In this document: positions 1 through 11,257 of the stretch, piece by piece
How the letters are laid out: the number at the start of each line of letters is the position of its first letter
How positions within the stretch are numbered: position 1 is the stretch's first letter
Source: Candidatus Latescibacterota bacterium
Lineage (GTDB): Bacteria; Krumholzibacteriota; Krumholzibacteriia; WVZY01; JAKEHA01
DNA length: 64,000 nucleotides
NCBI GenBank assembly: GCA_963707635.1
Contig: OY970173.1
Coordinates: 2,752,001-2,816,000 of the forward strand
Direction of reading: 5' to 3'
Made by a program: the position numbers and the translations under genes
Notes under the pieces: model-generated
What the model was told of the DNA's origin: nothing
Database searches by the model: none
What the model saw: only the letters and a program-made list of their open reading frames with translations

Positions 1-2
1 TC

Positions 3-188
3 ACCGTCTACATCTCCCGGCGTCATGCGGTGTACGGCGCGCTGGCCGGCGGTGCGTTGTTCCTCACCTGGATGTACCTGCTCGCGATGTTCATTTTGGT
101 CGGCGCGCTCGCGCTCGACGTGTGGGCGCGCGCGGTGGAACGCCTCCCGCTGGACGCCGAGGCGGGATGGTCGGAGGGCATCGGGTAG
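3..188 (+). CDS. YihY/virulence factor BrkB family membrane protein, 3' end only (truncated by window edge)
   Basis: Manual translation from nt 3 gives ...HAVYGALAGGALFLTWMYLLAMFILVGA..., the typical YihY C-terminal motif; TAG at 186-188 abuts the next ATG. Confidence 0.7.
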   Translation, partial: TVYISRRHAVYGALAGGALFLTWMYLLAMFILVGALALDVWARAVERLPLDAEAGWSEGIG

Positions 189-1472
189 ATGCGCCCGGCC
201 AGGCAGGCTCCGGGCCGCGTCGTCATCGTCGGCGGCGGCTTCGGCGGTCTGTACGCGGCCCGGGTGCTTGCGGCCGCCGGCGCCCCCGTTACCGTCGTCG
301 ACCGGCGCAACTTCCATCTGTTCCAGCCTCTCCTCTACCAGGTCGCAACCGGGGGGCTCTCGCCCGGCGACATCGCCTCGCCGATCCGGTCGGTTCTCAA
401 GCGCCATCTCAATGCTCGCGTCGTGCTCGGTGAGGTGGTGGACATCGATCCGGCCGGACGCCGCGTGCTCCTCGCGGGCGGCGACGAGCTGGCCTACGAC
501 GCGCTGGTGGTCGCAACCGGGTCGGAGACGTCGTATTTCGGCCACGACCCGTGGCTGGCCCACGCCCCCGGCCTCAAGACGGTCGAAGACGCCCTGCTCA
601 TCCGCCAGCGTGTGTTCGCCGCGTTCGAGCGGGCCGAGCGCGAGCCGGACGAGGCGGCGCGCCGGCCACTCACGACCTTCGCAGTGGTGGGCGGCGGGCC
701 GACGGGGGTCGAACTGGCCGGGGCCATCGCGGAGCTGGCCCGCTCGACGCTCGCGCGCGACTACCGCGCCTTCGACCCGACGCGGGCGCGGGTGCTCCTC
801 CTGGAGGGTGGCGAGCGCGTCCTCCCCGCCTTCCCCGCGGATCTCTCACGTCAGGCGACGCGCTCCCTGGAGCGACTCGGAGTCGAGGTGCGCACGCGCG
901 CGTTGGTGGTCGCGATCGCCGACGGCGTGCTGACGGCGCGCGTGGACGATCGCGACGAATCCATCCGCGCCGCGACCGTCCTGTGGGCGGCCGGTGTCCG
1001 GGCCTCGCCGTTCTCGACGCGCATGGTCGAGCGATTCGGAGCCCGGCACGACTCCGGCGGCCGTATCGAGGTGTGCGCGGACCTCTCGCTCCCCGGGCAT
1101 CCGGAGGTGTCCGTGATCGGAGACCTCGCCCTCGCCGCCGGGCGGACTGGACGCCCCCTCCCTGCGCTCGCCCCGGTGGCCATGCAGCAGGGGCGCTTCG
1201 TCGCCCGGCGCATCCTGGGGCGCGAGCCGGCGGGCGCGCCGTTTCGCTATCACAACAAGGGGCAGCTCGCGGTCATCGGCCGCAACGCCGCCGTGTGCGA
1301 CCTCGGCCGCGCCCGGTTCCATGGACTCCCCGCGTGGCTGGTGTGGGTATTCGTCCACATCGCGTACCTGATCGAGTACGACAACAAGATCCTGGTGCTG
1401 GTGCAGTGGGCGATGAGCTACGTGACGCGCAAGCGCGGCGCCCGGCTCATCACCAATCCCGCCGTCGAATGA
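189..1472 (+). CDS. ndh: Type II NADH:quinone oxidoreductase
   Basis: VVIVGGGFGG, HLFQPLLYQVATG, VVGGGPTGVELAG, APVAMQQG motifs. Confidence 0.92.
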   Translation: MRPARQAPGRVVIVGGGFGGLYAARVLAAAGAPVTVVDRRNFHLFQPLLYQVATGGLSPGDIASPIRSVLKRHLNARVVLGEVVDIDPAGRRVLLAGGDELAYDALVVATGSETSYFGHDPWLAHAPGLKTVEDALLIRQRVFAAFERAEREPDEAARRPLTTFAVVGGGPTGVELAGAIAELARSTLARDYRAFDPTRARVLLLEGGERVLPAFPADLSRQATRSLERLGVEVRTRALVVAIADGVLTARVDDRDESIRAATVLWAAGVRASPFSTRMVERFGARHDSGGRIEVCADLSLPGHPEVSVIGDLALAAGRTGRPLPALAPVAMQQGRFVARRILGREPAGAPFRYHNKGQLAVIGRNAAVCDLGRARFHGLPAWLVWVFVHIAYLIEYDNKILVLVQWAMSYVTRKRGARLITNPAVE

Positions 1473-1480
1473 GGTGACGC

Positions 1481-2254
1481 GTGGACAGAAGCGACCTGCG
1501 GCGCATCCGGGGGCTCCTCGCGGACATGGACGGGGTATGGTTCGTCGACGACCGGCCGATTCCGGGCGCGGCCGACGCGCTCTCGGCGCTGCGCGCGCGC
1601 CGCGTTCCGCTTCGGATCGTCACCAACACCACCACGCGCACGCGCGCCCAGCTGGCCGCGCGAATGCAGGGCATGGGCCTGGGCGTCGCCGAGCACGAAA
1701 TCGTGAACTCGCCCGCCGCGGCGGTCCTGCATCTGCGCGCGCGCGGTGTGCGACGGGTGCGCCTGGTGGTGGGCGATGCCATCGCCGGCGAGTTCGCGGA
1801 GTTCGAGAGCTCCGCGGCGCCGGAAGTCATCGTCATGGGCGACATCGGCGAGCGCTGGGACTACCGCCTCATGAGCGAGTTGTTCCACCAGGTGCTGGAA
1901 GGAGCCGAGATCGTGGCACTCCACAAGGGACGCTACTGGCAGGTGGGAGACGGCCTCGCGCTGGACATCGGCGCCTTCGTCGCCGGGCTCGAGTACGCGA
2001 CCGGCACCACCGCGACGGTGATCGGGAAGCCCTCGCCGCAGATGTACCGGGCCGCACTCGCCGACCTGGGCCTCGACGCGCACGAGGTGGTGATGATCGG
2101 CGACGACATCCACCACGACGTGGCGGGCGCGCAGGCGGCCGGCATCCGCGGAGTGCTGGTGAAAACGGGAAAGTACCGCGAGGACCTGGTGGCAAGGTCC
2201 GGAGTGAATCCCGACCTCGTAATCGAATCGATCGCGGAGCTCGCGCGCCCTTGA
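1481..2254 (+). CDS. HAD-IIA family hydrolase (HDHD2/LHPP-like)
   Basis: DMDGV motif I, TNTT, GKPS, MIGDDIHHDV, LVKTGKY. Confidence 0.88.
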   Translation: MDRSDLRRIRGLLADMDGVWFVDDRPIPGAADALSALRARRVPLRIVTNTTTRTRAQLAARMQGMGLGVAEHEIVNSPAAAVLHLRARGVRRVRLVVGDAIAGEFAEFESSAAPEVIVMGDIGERWDYRLMSELFHQVLEGAEIVALHKGRYWQVGDGLALDIGAFVAGLEYATGTTATVIGKPSPQMYRAALADLGLDAHEVVMIGDDIHHDVAGAQAAGIRGVLVKTGKYREDLVARSGVNPDLVIESIAELARP

Positions 2255-2269
2255 TCGGCCTGGTTCAAT

Positions 2270-3301
2270 TCAAATCGACCCGTGGGGCGCGTGCGCGGAG
2301 CGCACGTCCGCGAGCACGCGCTCGAGGGCATCGCCGGCGCCAGTCATGACACCCGCACGCGGCGACGCGCCCGCCATCCGTCGCAGCACGCCTTCGACAC
2401 TCGCGGAGAGCGCGTCGACGTCGTAGCCGCCTTCCAGCACGGCGACCAGCCGTCCCGCCGCGTGCTCGCGAGCGATGGCCAGGACCTCGTCCGCCATGGC
2501 CGCGAATCCTTCCGTACTCACATTCATTCCGCCCAGCGGATCGCGCGCGTGCGCGTCGAAGCCGGCCGAGAGCAGCACCAGCTGGGGCGAGAACGCGCGC
2601 GCCGCCGCACCGGCGATCCGGCGCAGCGCCTCGGTCCATTCCGCGTCGCCGAACCCCGCCGCCAGCGGAATATTGATCGTTCGACCCCGCGCCTGCTCGC
2701 CCCCCACCTCTTCCGCGATCCCCGTGCCCGGGTACAACGGGTACTGGTGCAGGGAAACGAACAGCACCCGTGGGTCGTTCCAAAAAACCTCCTGCGTGCC
2801 GTTGCCGTGGTGCACGTCCCAGTCGACCACCATGACGCGCTCGAGTCCGTGGCGCGCCAGCGCATGGGCCGCGGCCACCGCGATGTTATTGAACAGACAG
2901 AAGCCCATCGCGCGCGCGGTCTCGGCGTGGTGCCCCGGCGGTCGCACGGCCGCGAACGCGTTGTCGAACTCGCCCGCCATCACCCGGTCGACCAGGTCGA
3001 GCACCCCCCCGGCCGCGTAGCGCGCGATTTCATAAGACTCCGGCGCAGCAAACGTGTCCGGGTCGAGCATCGATGCGCGCTGCCGGGCGGTCGCGGCGAT
3101 GGTGTCGATGTGCGCGGGAGTGTGTACGCGCGCGAGCTCCAGGTGGGTCGCCTGCCGGCGGGCGGGGAGCACGCTCACACCAAGCTCGTCGGCGCGCGAC
3201 GCGAGGCGCAGCAGGGCCTCCATACGCTCGACGCGCTCCGGATGCCCCGCGGGCGTCCGGTGTCCCAGGTAGAGCTCGTCGATGTGGAAGGCAGTCTTCA
3301 T
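2270..3301 (-). CDS. Histone deacetylase family protein (AcuC/AphA-like)
   Basis: HPE, RPPGHHA, GFCLFNN, DWDVHHGNGT, SAGFDAH, LEGGY. Confidence 0.93.
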   Translation of the reverse strand: MKTAFHIDELYLGHRTPAGHPERVERMEALLRLASRADELGVSVLPARRQATHLELARVHTPAHIDTIAATARQRASMLDPDTFAAPESYEIARYAAGGVLDLVDRVMAGEFDNAFAAVRPPGHHAETARAMGFCLFNNIAVAAAHALARHGLERVMVVDWDVHHGNGTQEVFWNDPRVLFVSLHQYPLYPGTGIAEEVGGEQARGRTINIPLAAGFGDAEWTEALRRIAGAAARAFSPQLVLLSAGFDAHARDPLGGMNVSTEGFAAMADEVLAIAREHAAGRLVAVLEGGYDVDALSASVEGVLRRMAGASPRAGVMTGAGDALERVLADVRSAHAPHGSI

Positions 3302-3430
3302 ACGTGTCGCGCGCGGGTGGCGCCAACGGCGCCCGCGCGGGCGAGGAGTCTAGTGCGCAGGCGCGGACGACGAGCCCGCAGCGGGCTGTTGGCGACAGGA
3401 CCCGCGTGGGTCAAGCGCGCATAACGCGCG

Positions 3431-5395
3431 CTAGTCTTCCTCGTACTGGGTTTTCAACTTGTCCACGACGCCCGCGTCCGCCAGCGTCGTCACGTTCCCC
3501 AGCGTGCGGCCCTCCGCGACGTCGCGCAGCAGCCGGCGCATGATCTTCCCCGAACGCGTCTTCGGAAGATCCCCTGCGAATATAATGCGATCCGGAATCG
3601 CGAACTTCCCGATCTTCTTCGCCACCCAGTCCTTGAGCTCCTGGTTGAGCAGGTCGGTGCCCGCGGTGCCGTCCTTCAGGCTCACGAAGGCGACCAGCGC
3701 CTGACCCTTGAGTTCGTGCGCCACGCCGATCACCGCCGACTCCGCCACCCCGGCGTGCTCGACGAAGATGCTTTCCAGCTCGGCGGTGCCGATCCGATGC
3801 CCGGCGACGTTGACCACGTCGTCGACGCGGCCGACGATCCAGAAGTAGCCGTCCTTGTCGCGCCGCGCGCCGTCGCCGGCGAAGTAGATCCCGGGCCATT
3901 TCGACCAGTACGTCTTGCGATACCGGTCCGCGTCGCCGTAGATGCCGCGGAGCATGCCCGGCCACGGCCGGCGGATCGCGAGATAGCCGGCGTCCACTTC
4001 CTGCCCTTCCTCGGTGAGCACCGTGGGATCGACCCCGAAGAACGGGAGCGTGGCGCTGCCCGGTTTGGTTTCGGTGACCCCCGGGAGCGGGGTGATCATG
4101 ATCCCGCCGGTCTCGGTCTGCCACCACGTGTCGACGATCGGACACTGCTTGTAACCGATGGCTTTGTGGTACCACATCCACGCTTCCGGGTTGATCGGTT
4201 CGCCCACCGTGCCGAGCAGCCGCAGCGTGGACAAGTCGCTCTTCGCCGGCCACTCGTCGCCCCACTTCATGAACGCGCGGATGGCCGTGGGCGCCGTGTA
4301 GAAAACGGTCACGCCGTAATGCTCGATGAGCTGCCAGAAGCGCCCGCGGTCGGGCCAGTCGGGCGCGCCCTCGTACATGAGGCAAGTGGCGCCGTTCTGG
4401 AGCGGGCCGTACACGATGTAGCTGTGACCGGTTACCCAGCCGATGTCGGCCGTGCACCAGAACATGTCCTCCGGCTTCATATCGAACACGTACTTGGTCG
4501 TGAGGTACGTGTAGACCATGTAGCCGCCGGTCGTGTGAATGATGCCCTTGGGCTTTCCGGTGGTGCCGCTGGTATAGAGGAGAAACAGCATGTCCTCGCT
4601 GTCCATCTTCTCCGCGGGGCAGGAGGCAGAGACCTCCTGCGTCAACTCGTGATACCAGTGGTCGCGCCCCGATTTCATCCGGCACGGAAACGGGTCGCTG
4701 GCGCCGCGGCGCACCACGATCACGTTCTCCACCGACGGACACTGCTCGACCGCGTCGTCGACGGTATCCTTCAGCGGCAGCACCTTCCCGCGCCGCCAGC
4801 CGCCGTCGCCCGTGACCACCAGCTTCGCCTGCGAGTCCTGCACGCGGTCCCGGATCGATTCCGCCGAGAACCCGGCGAAGATCACCGTGTGCACCGCGCC
4901 GATACGCGCGCAGGCCAGCATGGACACCGCCAGCTCCGGAATCATCGGCAGGTAGATCGCCACGCGATCGCCTTTCTTCAGGCCGAGTTTCTTCATCGCG
5001 TTCGCGCACACGGCGACCTCGCGCGCGAGGTCGCCATATGTAAGAACGCGGCGATCCCCCGGCTCTCCCTCCCACACGATCGCGGCCTTGTGGCGGGTCG
5101 CGGAGCCGAGGTGCCGGTCCAGGCAGTTGTAGGAGATGTTGGTCTTGCCGCCGACGAACCAGCGGTAGAACGGCGCCTTGCGCTCGTCCAGCACCTTCGT
5201 CCAGGGCTTGAACCAGTGGAGCTCCTTCGCCACGCGCCCCCAGAACCGCTCCGGGTTGCGGATGCTCTCCTTGTGAAGGCGGCGATACTCCGCCTCCGCC
5301 CGGATGTGCGCCTGCCGGCGGAAGGCGTCCGAAGGCTTGAATCGGCGCGTCTCCTTGAGAACCGTGTCGAGCTGTCTGGGATCGATCCCGGCCAT
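3431..5395 (-). CDS. acs: Acetyl-CoA synthetase
   Basis: [34 protein letters not shown]; start placed at MAGIDP. Confidence 0.96.
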   Translation of the reverse strand: MAGIDPRQLDTVLKETRRFKPSDAFRRQAHIRAEAEYRRLHKESIRNPERFWGRVAKELHWFKPWTKVLDERKAPFYRWFVGGKTNISYNCLDRHLGSATRHKAAIVWEGEPGDRRVLTYGDLAREVAVCANAMKKLGLKKGDRVAIYLPMIPELAVSMLACARIGAVHTVIFAGFSAESIRDRVQDSQAKLVVTGDGGWRRGKVLPLKDTVDDAVEQCPSVENVIVVRRGASDPFPCRMKSGRDHWYHELTQEVSASCPAEKMDSEDMLFLLYTSGTTGKPKGIIHTTGGYMVYTYLTTKYVFDMKPEDMFWCTADIGWVTGHSYIVYGPLQNGATCLMYEGAPDWPDRGRFWQLIEHYGVTVFYTAPTAIRAFMKWGDEWPAKSDLSTLRLLGTVGEPINPEAWMWYHKAIGYKQCPIVDTWWQTETGGIMITPLPGVTETKPGSATLPFFGVDPTVLTEEGQEVDAGYLAIRRPWPGMLRGIYGDADRYRKTYWSKWPGIYFAGDGARRDKDGYFWIVGRVDDVVNVAGHRIGTAELESIFVEHAGVAESAVIGVAHELKGQALVAFVSLKDGTAGTDLLNQELKDWVAKKIGKFAIPDRIIFAGDLPKTRSGKIMRRLLRDVAEGRTLGNVTTLADAGVVDKLKTQYEED

Positions 5396-5502
5396 GCGTG
5401 TGTCCTTTCGATTGTCAGTCGCCCGTCGACTCGCGTAGTCTAGCGAACGCCGCCAGCGGGCGTAAGCGGCAATTTGACCGGCGCCCGCACGGGCCCGCTC
5501 TG

Positions 5503-6771
5503 ATGCCAATGAAGCGTCCCCTCGATCGCGCGGTCGCCTCCTGGGCCATGTACGACTGGGCGAACTCCGCGTTCTCCACGACCGTGATGGCGGGGTTCGT
5601 TCCGGTTCTCTTCAAACACTACTGGAACGCCGGTGTGGATGCGTCGACGTCGTCGTTCCGGCTGGGCTTGACCAACTCGATCGCCAGCCTGGTCGTGGCG
5701 CTGATCGCTCCGGCGCTCGGTGCGATTGCCGACGCGGGAGGAACACGCAAGCGCTTCCTGGTGGCGAGCGCAGGCATCGGTATTCTCGCGACCACGTGGC
5801 TATTTTTCGTCGGCCAGGGCGACTGGGCCAGCGCGGCGGTGATCTATGCCGCCGGCGTGGTCGGCTTCTCCGCGTCGATGATCTTCTACGACGCGATGCT
5901 GGTCGACGTCGCAACGCCGGCGACGTCCGATCGCGTCTCGGCGCTCGGGTTCGGACTGGGGTATCTGGGCGGCGGCGTGCTCTTCGCGCTCAACGTGGTC
6001 ATGACACAGAAACCCGCGCTGTTCGGACTCGCCGACGCGACCGCGGCGGCGCGGTGGTCGTTCCTGACCGTCGCGTTGTGGTGGTCTCTGTTCACCATCC
6101 CGCTCATTCTGAACGTGCGCGAGCGGGCCGCACCCGCCCGGGACGCGGGTGGCGCGGGCAGGCGGGGACTGCACCAGATCGCGCAGACGTTCCATCACCT
6201 GCGCGCCCACCGTAACATTCTCGTGTTCCTGCTCGGGTACTGGCTCTACATCGACGGCGTGCACACGATCGTGCGCATGGCGGTGGACTATGGAATCTCG
6301 CTGGGCTTCGAGTCGTCCTCGCTCATTCTTGCGCTGCTGCTGACCCAGTTCGTCGGTTTCCCGGCCTCGCTGGCGTTCGGCCGCATCGGCGAACGCTTCG
6401 GTGCGCGCACCGGCATCTTGATCGCGATCGCGGTGTATGCGCTGATCTGCGTGTGGGGGTATCGCCTCGCGCACATCTGGGAGTTCTACGCGCTCGCCGG
6501 CGCGATCGGGCTCGTCCAGGGCGGCATCAACAGTTTGAGCCGCTCCTGGTACTCGCGATTGATTCCCCGCGAACAATCGGCCCAGTTCTTCGGCTACTAC
6601 AACACGATCGGACGCTTCTCCGCCGTGCTGGGTCCCGTATTCATGGGCTGGATCAGCGTCGCCACCGGCAACCCGCGCCTGTCCATGCTCGGACTGATCG
6701 TGTTCTTCGTCGTGGGGGCGTTGTTTCTTGCGCGCGTGCGCGAAACGCCCTTATCCTCGGCGCAGCCATGA
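5503..6771 (+). CDS. MFS transporter (UMF1/ATG22-like)
   Basis: [33 protein letters not shown]; about 12 hydrophobic segments. Confidence 0.88.
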   Translation: MPMKRPLDRAVASWAMYDWANSAFSTTVMAGFVPVLFKHYWNAGVDASTSSFRLGLTNSIASLVVALIAPALGAIADAGGTRKRFLVASAGIGILATTWLFFVGQGDWASAAVIYAAGVVGFSASMIFYDAMLVDVATPATSDRVSALGFGLGYLGGGVLFALNVVMTQKPALFGLADATAAARWSFLTVALWWSLFTIPLILNVRERAAPARDAGGAGRRGLHQIAQTFHHLRAHRNILVFLLGYWLYIDGVHTIVRMAVDYGISLGFESSSLILALLLTQFVGFPASLAFGRIGERFGARTGILIAIAVYALICVWGYRLAHIWEFYALAGAIGLVQGGINSLSRSWYSRLIPREQSAQFFGYYNTIGRFSAVLGPVFMGWISVATGNPRLSMLGLIVFFVVGALFLARVRETPLSSAQP

Positions 6772-7349
6772 TTCGCCTCCGGGATCTCACCGACCGTTTC
6801 AACCGCCAGCTCGAACGGGCCACGCGCGAAGGCGTGGTCGAACCGACCGCGTTCTCCCTGGCCACCTGCGCCGATGGGGCCCCGTCCGCCCGCATGATGC
6901 TGCTCAAGGAAGTGGACGACCGGGGGTTCGTCTTCTACACGAACCTCCAGAGTCGCAAAGGGCGCGACCTGGCCTCCACCCCCAAAGTCGCCATGTGCTT
7001 CTGGTGGGGCCCGCTGGCCGAGCAGGTTCGGATCGAGGGCGCGGTCGAGCGGGTGAGCGACGCCGAAGCGGACACGTATTTTGCTTCCCGGCCCCGGGGA
7101 AGCCAGGTCGGGGCCTGGGCGTCGAACCAGAGCCGGACGCTCCCGTCCCGCCAGGCGCTCCTGGACGAGGCCGAGCGGGTCGAGGCGCTCTACCGGGGCC
7201 GTGAGATCCCGCGCCCCCCCCACTGGTCCGGGTTCCGCCTGGTTCCCGACCGGATCGAGTTCTGGTACGGGCGGCCGGACCGGCTCCATGAGCGATTGGA
7301 ATACACCCGGTCCGGTACTGACTGGACGGAGAGAATTCTGGCACCCTAG
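6768..7349 (+). CDS. pdxH: Pyridoxamine 5'-phosphate oxidase
   Basis: RMMLLK, FYTNLQSRKG, YFASRPRGSQ, PPHWSGF, EFWYGRPDRLHER; ATG at 6768 overlaps the upstream stop. Confidence 0.93.
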   Translation: MIRLRDLTDRFNRQLERATREGVVEPTAFSLATCADGAPSARMMLLKEVDDRGFVFYTNLQSRKGRDLASTPKVAMCFWWGPLAEQVRIEGAVERVSDAEADTYFASRPRGSQVGAWASNQSRTLPSRQALLDEAERVEALYRGREIPRPPHWSGFRLVPDRIEFWYGRPDRLHERLEYTRSGTDWTERILAP

Positions 7350-7475
7350 TGAAAACAACCCTTGTCCGGATTCCGGCCAAGGTGCTAATATTCTGGCATC
7401 CCACCAGTTTCCGCCGGCCTCGCCCCAGAACCGGCCGGTGGACATGCCCCGGTGTCAATGTAGCGGTTTGACCGT

Positions 7476-7928
7476 GTGGAGGACTGCACCTTGAGCGATC
7501 GCATCTGCCGCGTGATTGCCCCCGCCGCACTCATTATTACTCTTTGTCTGGCCGCCTCGGCCGAGGCATCCGCGCTCCAGCGCATGGCCGCGACCGTCGA
7601 CATGGGCAAGATCGCATCGGCGGTTCAGATAAGCGCCCCGACGCTGGCCGCCGACGCCCTGCTGCTCGAGCCGCTGACCGCCGAGCTCGGGACCCCGACC
7701 ACCGAATTTCGCATCCGCGTACCGGCCGACACCGTCGTGCGCGTCGAAGTGACCAACGAAGCCGGCGAGTGCGTGTGCAGCGCGCGCATGCTGATGCCCG
7801 CCGGGGTCCAGAAGGTCGGGTTCAGCGGACGCGATGCGAACGGACATCTGCTCCCCAACGGCTCGTATCACTACACCGTGATCGCGGGCGATGCGATGCA
7901 GACCGCGCGCGTTTCCATCGTCCGGTAA
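7476..7928 (+). CDS. Small secreted protein made essentially of one FlgD-type Ig-like domain
   Basis: Signal-like LIITLCLAASAEA; FSGRDANGHLLPNGSYHYTV resembles the WDGRD..G...SGxY motif; start uncertain. Confidence 0.6.
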   Translation: MEDCTLSDRICRVIAPAALIITLCLAASAEASALQRMAATVDMGKIASAVQISAPTLAADALLLEPLTAELGTPTTEFRIRVPADTVVRVEVTNEAGECVCSARMLMPAGVQKVGFSGRDANGHLLPNGSYHYTVIAGDAMQTARVSIVR

Positions 7929-7956
7929 GTCCAGTCCAGGAGATTCGATTCGCGTT

Positions 7957-7986
7957 GAGCCCGCCACCGGCGGGCTCTTTCGTTTT
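7957..7986 (+). terminator. Rho-independent terminator
   Basis: GAGCCCGCC-acc-GGCGGGCTC followed by TTTCGTTTT. Confidence 0.8.
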
Positions 7987-8018
7987 CTCCGCGCCCGCCG
8001 CAGTGTAGGATCGCCGCC

Positions 8019-9251
8019 ATGGCGGAGCAGGTCGACGTGGTCGTCGTGGGTGCCGGCGCGGCGGGGCTGATGGCGGCCATCCAGGCGCGGCACCAGCCAT
8101 CCGCGCGATCGGTTCTGGTTCTCGACGGCGCACGCACGCTTGGCGCCAAGATCCTGATCGCGGGCGGCGGTCGCTGCAACGTCACCCACGACCACGTCGA
8201 CGAGACGGCGTTCGCGGGTTCGACGCGACCGGCGATCCGCAAGGTGCTGCGGCGTTTCGACGTCCCGGCGACGGTCGCGTTCTTCAAGCAGGCCGGCGTG
8301 GAGCTCAAGCGCGAGGACACCGGCAAGCTCTTCCCCGTCACCGACCGCGCGCGCACCGTCCTGAATGCGCTCCTTGAAGAAGCGCGCGGATGCGGTGCGG
8401 TCATTCGCTTCCCGAGGCGCGTGCTCGCGATCGCCCGCGACGCGGATGGGTTCGTCGTTTCGGGCGACTGGGGCGAAGCGCGCGCGTCGCGTGTCGTGAT
8501 CGCCACCGGGGGCCGGAGCATCCCGAAGTCGGGTTCAGACGGCTACGGCTACGGGCTCGTCCAGGCGCTCGGGCATTCGATAACACCGCTGGTGACCCCC
8601 GGGCTCGTGCCGCTCACGCTCCCGCGCGAGCATTTTCTGTGCAGCCTCGCGGGCATCACCCTCCCCGCCACACTGGACCTGCGATCGGGCACCGGGAAAC
8701 GGCTCGTCTCTTTCACGGACTCGACCCTCCTCACGCATTTCGGGGTCTCGGGACCGTCGGTCCTGGACATCAGCCGATACTATCTCCACGCGCGCGCCGG
8801 CGACGCCAACGCCGCCCTGTTCGTCAACTGGCTCCCGGCCGTCGAGGCGGGCGTGGTGGATCGCGAACTCAAGTCTCTCGGTGGCCGCGGGGTGCTCGCG
8901 TGGGCGCGGGAACGCCTGCCCGAACGGCTGGCGCGCGCCCTCTGCGACCACGCGGGCGTGGATCCCGCCCTCCGCGGAGACCGGTTGCCGCGAGCACAGC
9001 GCCAGGCGCTCGTCGCCGCCATCACGGACCTCCGGCTCCCGATCACCGGCTCGCGCGGGTACGGCTTCGCGGAAGTGACCGCGGGCGGCATCCCGCTGTC
9101 CGAGTTGCACCTCGACACGATGGAGTCGCGCGTCTGCCCGTGGCTGTACCTGGTCGGCGAGATCTGCGACGTCGACGGCCGCATCGGCGGCTACAACTTC
9201 CAGTGGGCGTGGGCGAGCGGATTCGTGGCAGGGGCGGCTGCAGGAGCGTAG
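8019..9251 (+). CDS. HI0933/BaiN (YhiN) family flavoprotein
   Basis: GAGAAG, KILIAGGGRCNVT, GKLFP, LLTHFGVSGP, VTAGG, GGYNFQWAWASG. Confidence 0.92.
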   Translation: MAEQVDVVVVGAGAAGLMAAIQARHQPSARSVLVLDGARTLGAKILIAGGGRCNVTHDHVDETAFAGSTRPAIRKVLRRFDVPATVAFFKQAGVELKREDTGKLFPVTDRARTVLNALLEEARGCGAVIRFPRRVLAIARDADGFVVSGDWGEARASRVVIATGGRSIPKSGSDGYGYGLVQALGHSITPLVTPGLVPLTLPREHFLCSLAGITLPATLDLRSGTGKRLVSFTDSTLLTHFGVSGPSVLDISRYYLHARAGDANAALFVNWLPAVEAGVVDRELKSLGGRGVLAWARERLPERLARALCDHAGVDPALRGDRLPRAQRQALVAAITDLRLPITGSRGYGFAEVTAGGIPLSELHLDTMESRVCPWLYLVGEICDVDGRIGGYNFQWAWASGFVAGAAAGA

Positions 9252-9306
9252 CTCTCGCCGCGGGTGGCGCGGAACCGCGAGTGGCGGCCAACGGGCGCCG
9301 CTCGAG

Positions 9307-9834
9307 CTAGCGCCAGCCCTTGCGGTCTCGCAGCCGGGTGATGTGGGCGACGTGGTGGCGGCTGTGCCACTCGTACATGAAAATCACGTTGTGCAACGTC
9401 ATGACCCCGTTCTCCGGGTGGTCGATGGTGCGCGCGAAAGCCTGATCGGGCAGCGAGCGCAGAAACCGGACCCAGCGGTCGTGGAGCGCGTCCATGATCT
9501 GGAGTGAAAGCTCGATGGGCGCCGTGCGGCCGTCTTCGAGCCTGGCCCAATCGGCCTGTTCGTAGGCTTTGACGCGCGGGTGATCCTCGGTGACGGCCAG
9601 CTTGCAGCGAATATAGGCGTTCATGTGGCTGTCGGCGATGTGGTGCGTCACCTGTCGCACCGTCCAGCCGCCGTCGCGGTACGGCGTGTCGAGCTGGGCG
9701 TCGTTCAGACCGGCGACCGCCGCCCGCAGCGCCTTCGGGCACGCCGCGATGGTGTCGATCGCGCGCCGGATTTCCTGCGGCGAGGGATCCGTCGGAGGAT
9801 TGAACTCGCCGACCGGATAGCGAGGGTCTTCCAT
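9307..9834 (-). CDS. YfiT/BstA family (DinB-like) thiol S-transferase
   Basis: DPRYPVG, LDTPYRDGGWTVRQVTHHIADSHMNAY, WHSRHHVAHI. Confidence 0.88.
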   Translation of the reverse strand: MEDPRYPVGEFNPPTDPSPQEIRRAIDTIAACPKALRAAVAGLNDAQLDTPYRDGGWTVRQVTHHIADSHMNAYIRCKLAVTEDHPRVKAYEQADWARLEDGRTAPIELSLQIMDALHDRWVRFLRSLPDQAFARTIDHPENGVMTLHNVIFMYEWHSRHHVAHITRLRDRKGWR

Positions 9835-9910
9835 GGGCGGGAGGATAGCACGCGATTCCGGGGCTGGGAAGGCACTCGCAGCCTACGCGGGTCCATGGTA
9901 ATTTCTAGTC

Positions 9911-11257
9911 ATGAAACCGCGCGACCAACGTACCGAGCCTGTCCGAATGGTCTATGCGCGCGCCGACGGCTCCATCATCGACCATCCGGAGCTGCTCCTC
10001 GCGGGCGTGGGCGGGGGCGCTCCCCGGCCAGTGCGGGACGACGAGCTCATCCCGCTGCCGCGCGGCAGCGACCTGTTCCTGCTCCCGGGCCGGCGCCCCA
10101 TCGGTCTGGACCCCGGCAGCGGGTCGGCGGTCGAGTGGGACGGGGACGGCGAAGAGGTCACCGCGGTCGCCGCGTTCCTGGCGCCCGCGTGGACGATGTT
10201 CCTCCACCCCGCCTATCGCACGCTCGCGGGCGCGCCGACGCTGCCCCTGTTCGCCTACTCCGCGGTCGGATTCGCAAGCGGCCAGATGTGGGCCACGGGC
10301 GTGCGCGTGGACGAGGACATCCGGCAGGACCCGTGGCGCTTCGACCCGAAGCGTTTGCACAAGCAGGTCGCGCGCCGCCTCGCCGAGACGAAAGACAACC
10401 TCGTCGTCCAGCAGCTCGAGAAATGCGCGCTCACGTATGGATGCCGCGCGGCGCAGAACTATTTCATCGGGCGCCACGAGGCGCCGATCCCGACCAGCGT
10501 CGCGTGCAATTCCAAGTGCATCGGGTGCATCTCGATGCAACCCGACGGCGAGTTTCGCGCGAGTCACGATCGCATCCGCCGCGCGCCGACGCCGGATGAA
10601 ATCGCCGACATGGCGGTCGGGCATATCGAGCGGGTGCCAGAAGGCGTGGTGAGCTTCGGGCAGGGGTGCGAGGGCGAGCCGCTGCTCGGTCGCGAGCTGT
10701 TGCCCGCGGCGACGCGGCGGATTCGCGAGCGGACGTCGAACGGAACCGTCAACGTCAACACCAACGGCAGCCTGCCCGAGGTCGTCGACGCGATGTGCCA
10801 CGCGGGTCTCGACGCGATTCGCGTGTCGATGAACAGCGCGCGCGACGACGTGTACACGGCCTACTATCGTCCGAAGAAATACACGTTCGGCGACGTCCGG
10901 GAGACGCTCCGGGTCATGCGGGCGCACGACCGCTACCGGTCGATCAACTACCTGGTGTTTCCGGGGGTGACGGATACCGACGACGAACTCGAGGCGATCT
11001 CCGCGTTCGTCGAGGAGGCCGACCTCGACTTGATCCAGATGCGCAACCTGAACATCGACCCGGAACTCTACCGCGAGCGCCTGCCGGCGGGTGTGGCGCG
11101 CGAGGGCTTCGGGATGGGCGAATTCATGCGCCGCCTTCGCGAACGGTTCCCCCGCCTCCACTACGGATACTTCAACCCGTCGAAGGAAACCTACGCGCGT
11201 CGCCGCGCGGCCATGCAACCCGCGCGCCAGACGGCACCGGACTCCCGCGCTACTTGA
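9911..11257 (+). CDS. Radical SAM protein of unknown function
   Basis: CNSKCIGC (CxxxCxxC), SFGQGCEGEPLL, NTNGS. Confidence 0.88.
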   Translation: MKPRDQRTEPVRMVYARADGSIIDHPELLLAGVGGGAPRPVRDDELIPLPRGSDLFLLPGRRPIGLDPGSGSAVEWDGDGEEVTAVAAFLAPAWTMFLHPAYRTLAGAPTLPLFAYSAVGFASGQMWATGVRVDEDIRQDPWRFDPKRLHKQVARRLAETKDNLVVQQLEKCALTYGCRAAQNYFIGRHEAPIPTSVACNSKCIGCISMQPDGEFRASHDRIRRAPTPDEIADMAVGHIERVPEGVVSFGQGCEGEPLLGRELLPAATRRIRERTSNGTVNVNTNGSLPEVVDAMCHAGLDAIRVSMNSARDDVYTAYYRPKKYTFGDVRETLRVMRAHDRYRSINYLVFPGVTDTDDELEAISAFVEEADLDLIQMRNLNIDPELYRERLPAGVAREGFGMGEFMRRLRERFPRLHYGYFNPSKETYARRRAAMQPARQTAPDSRAT

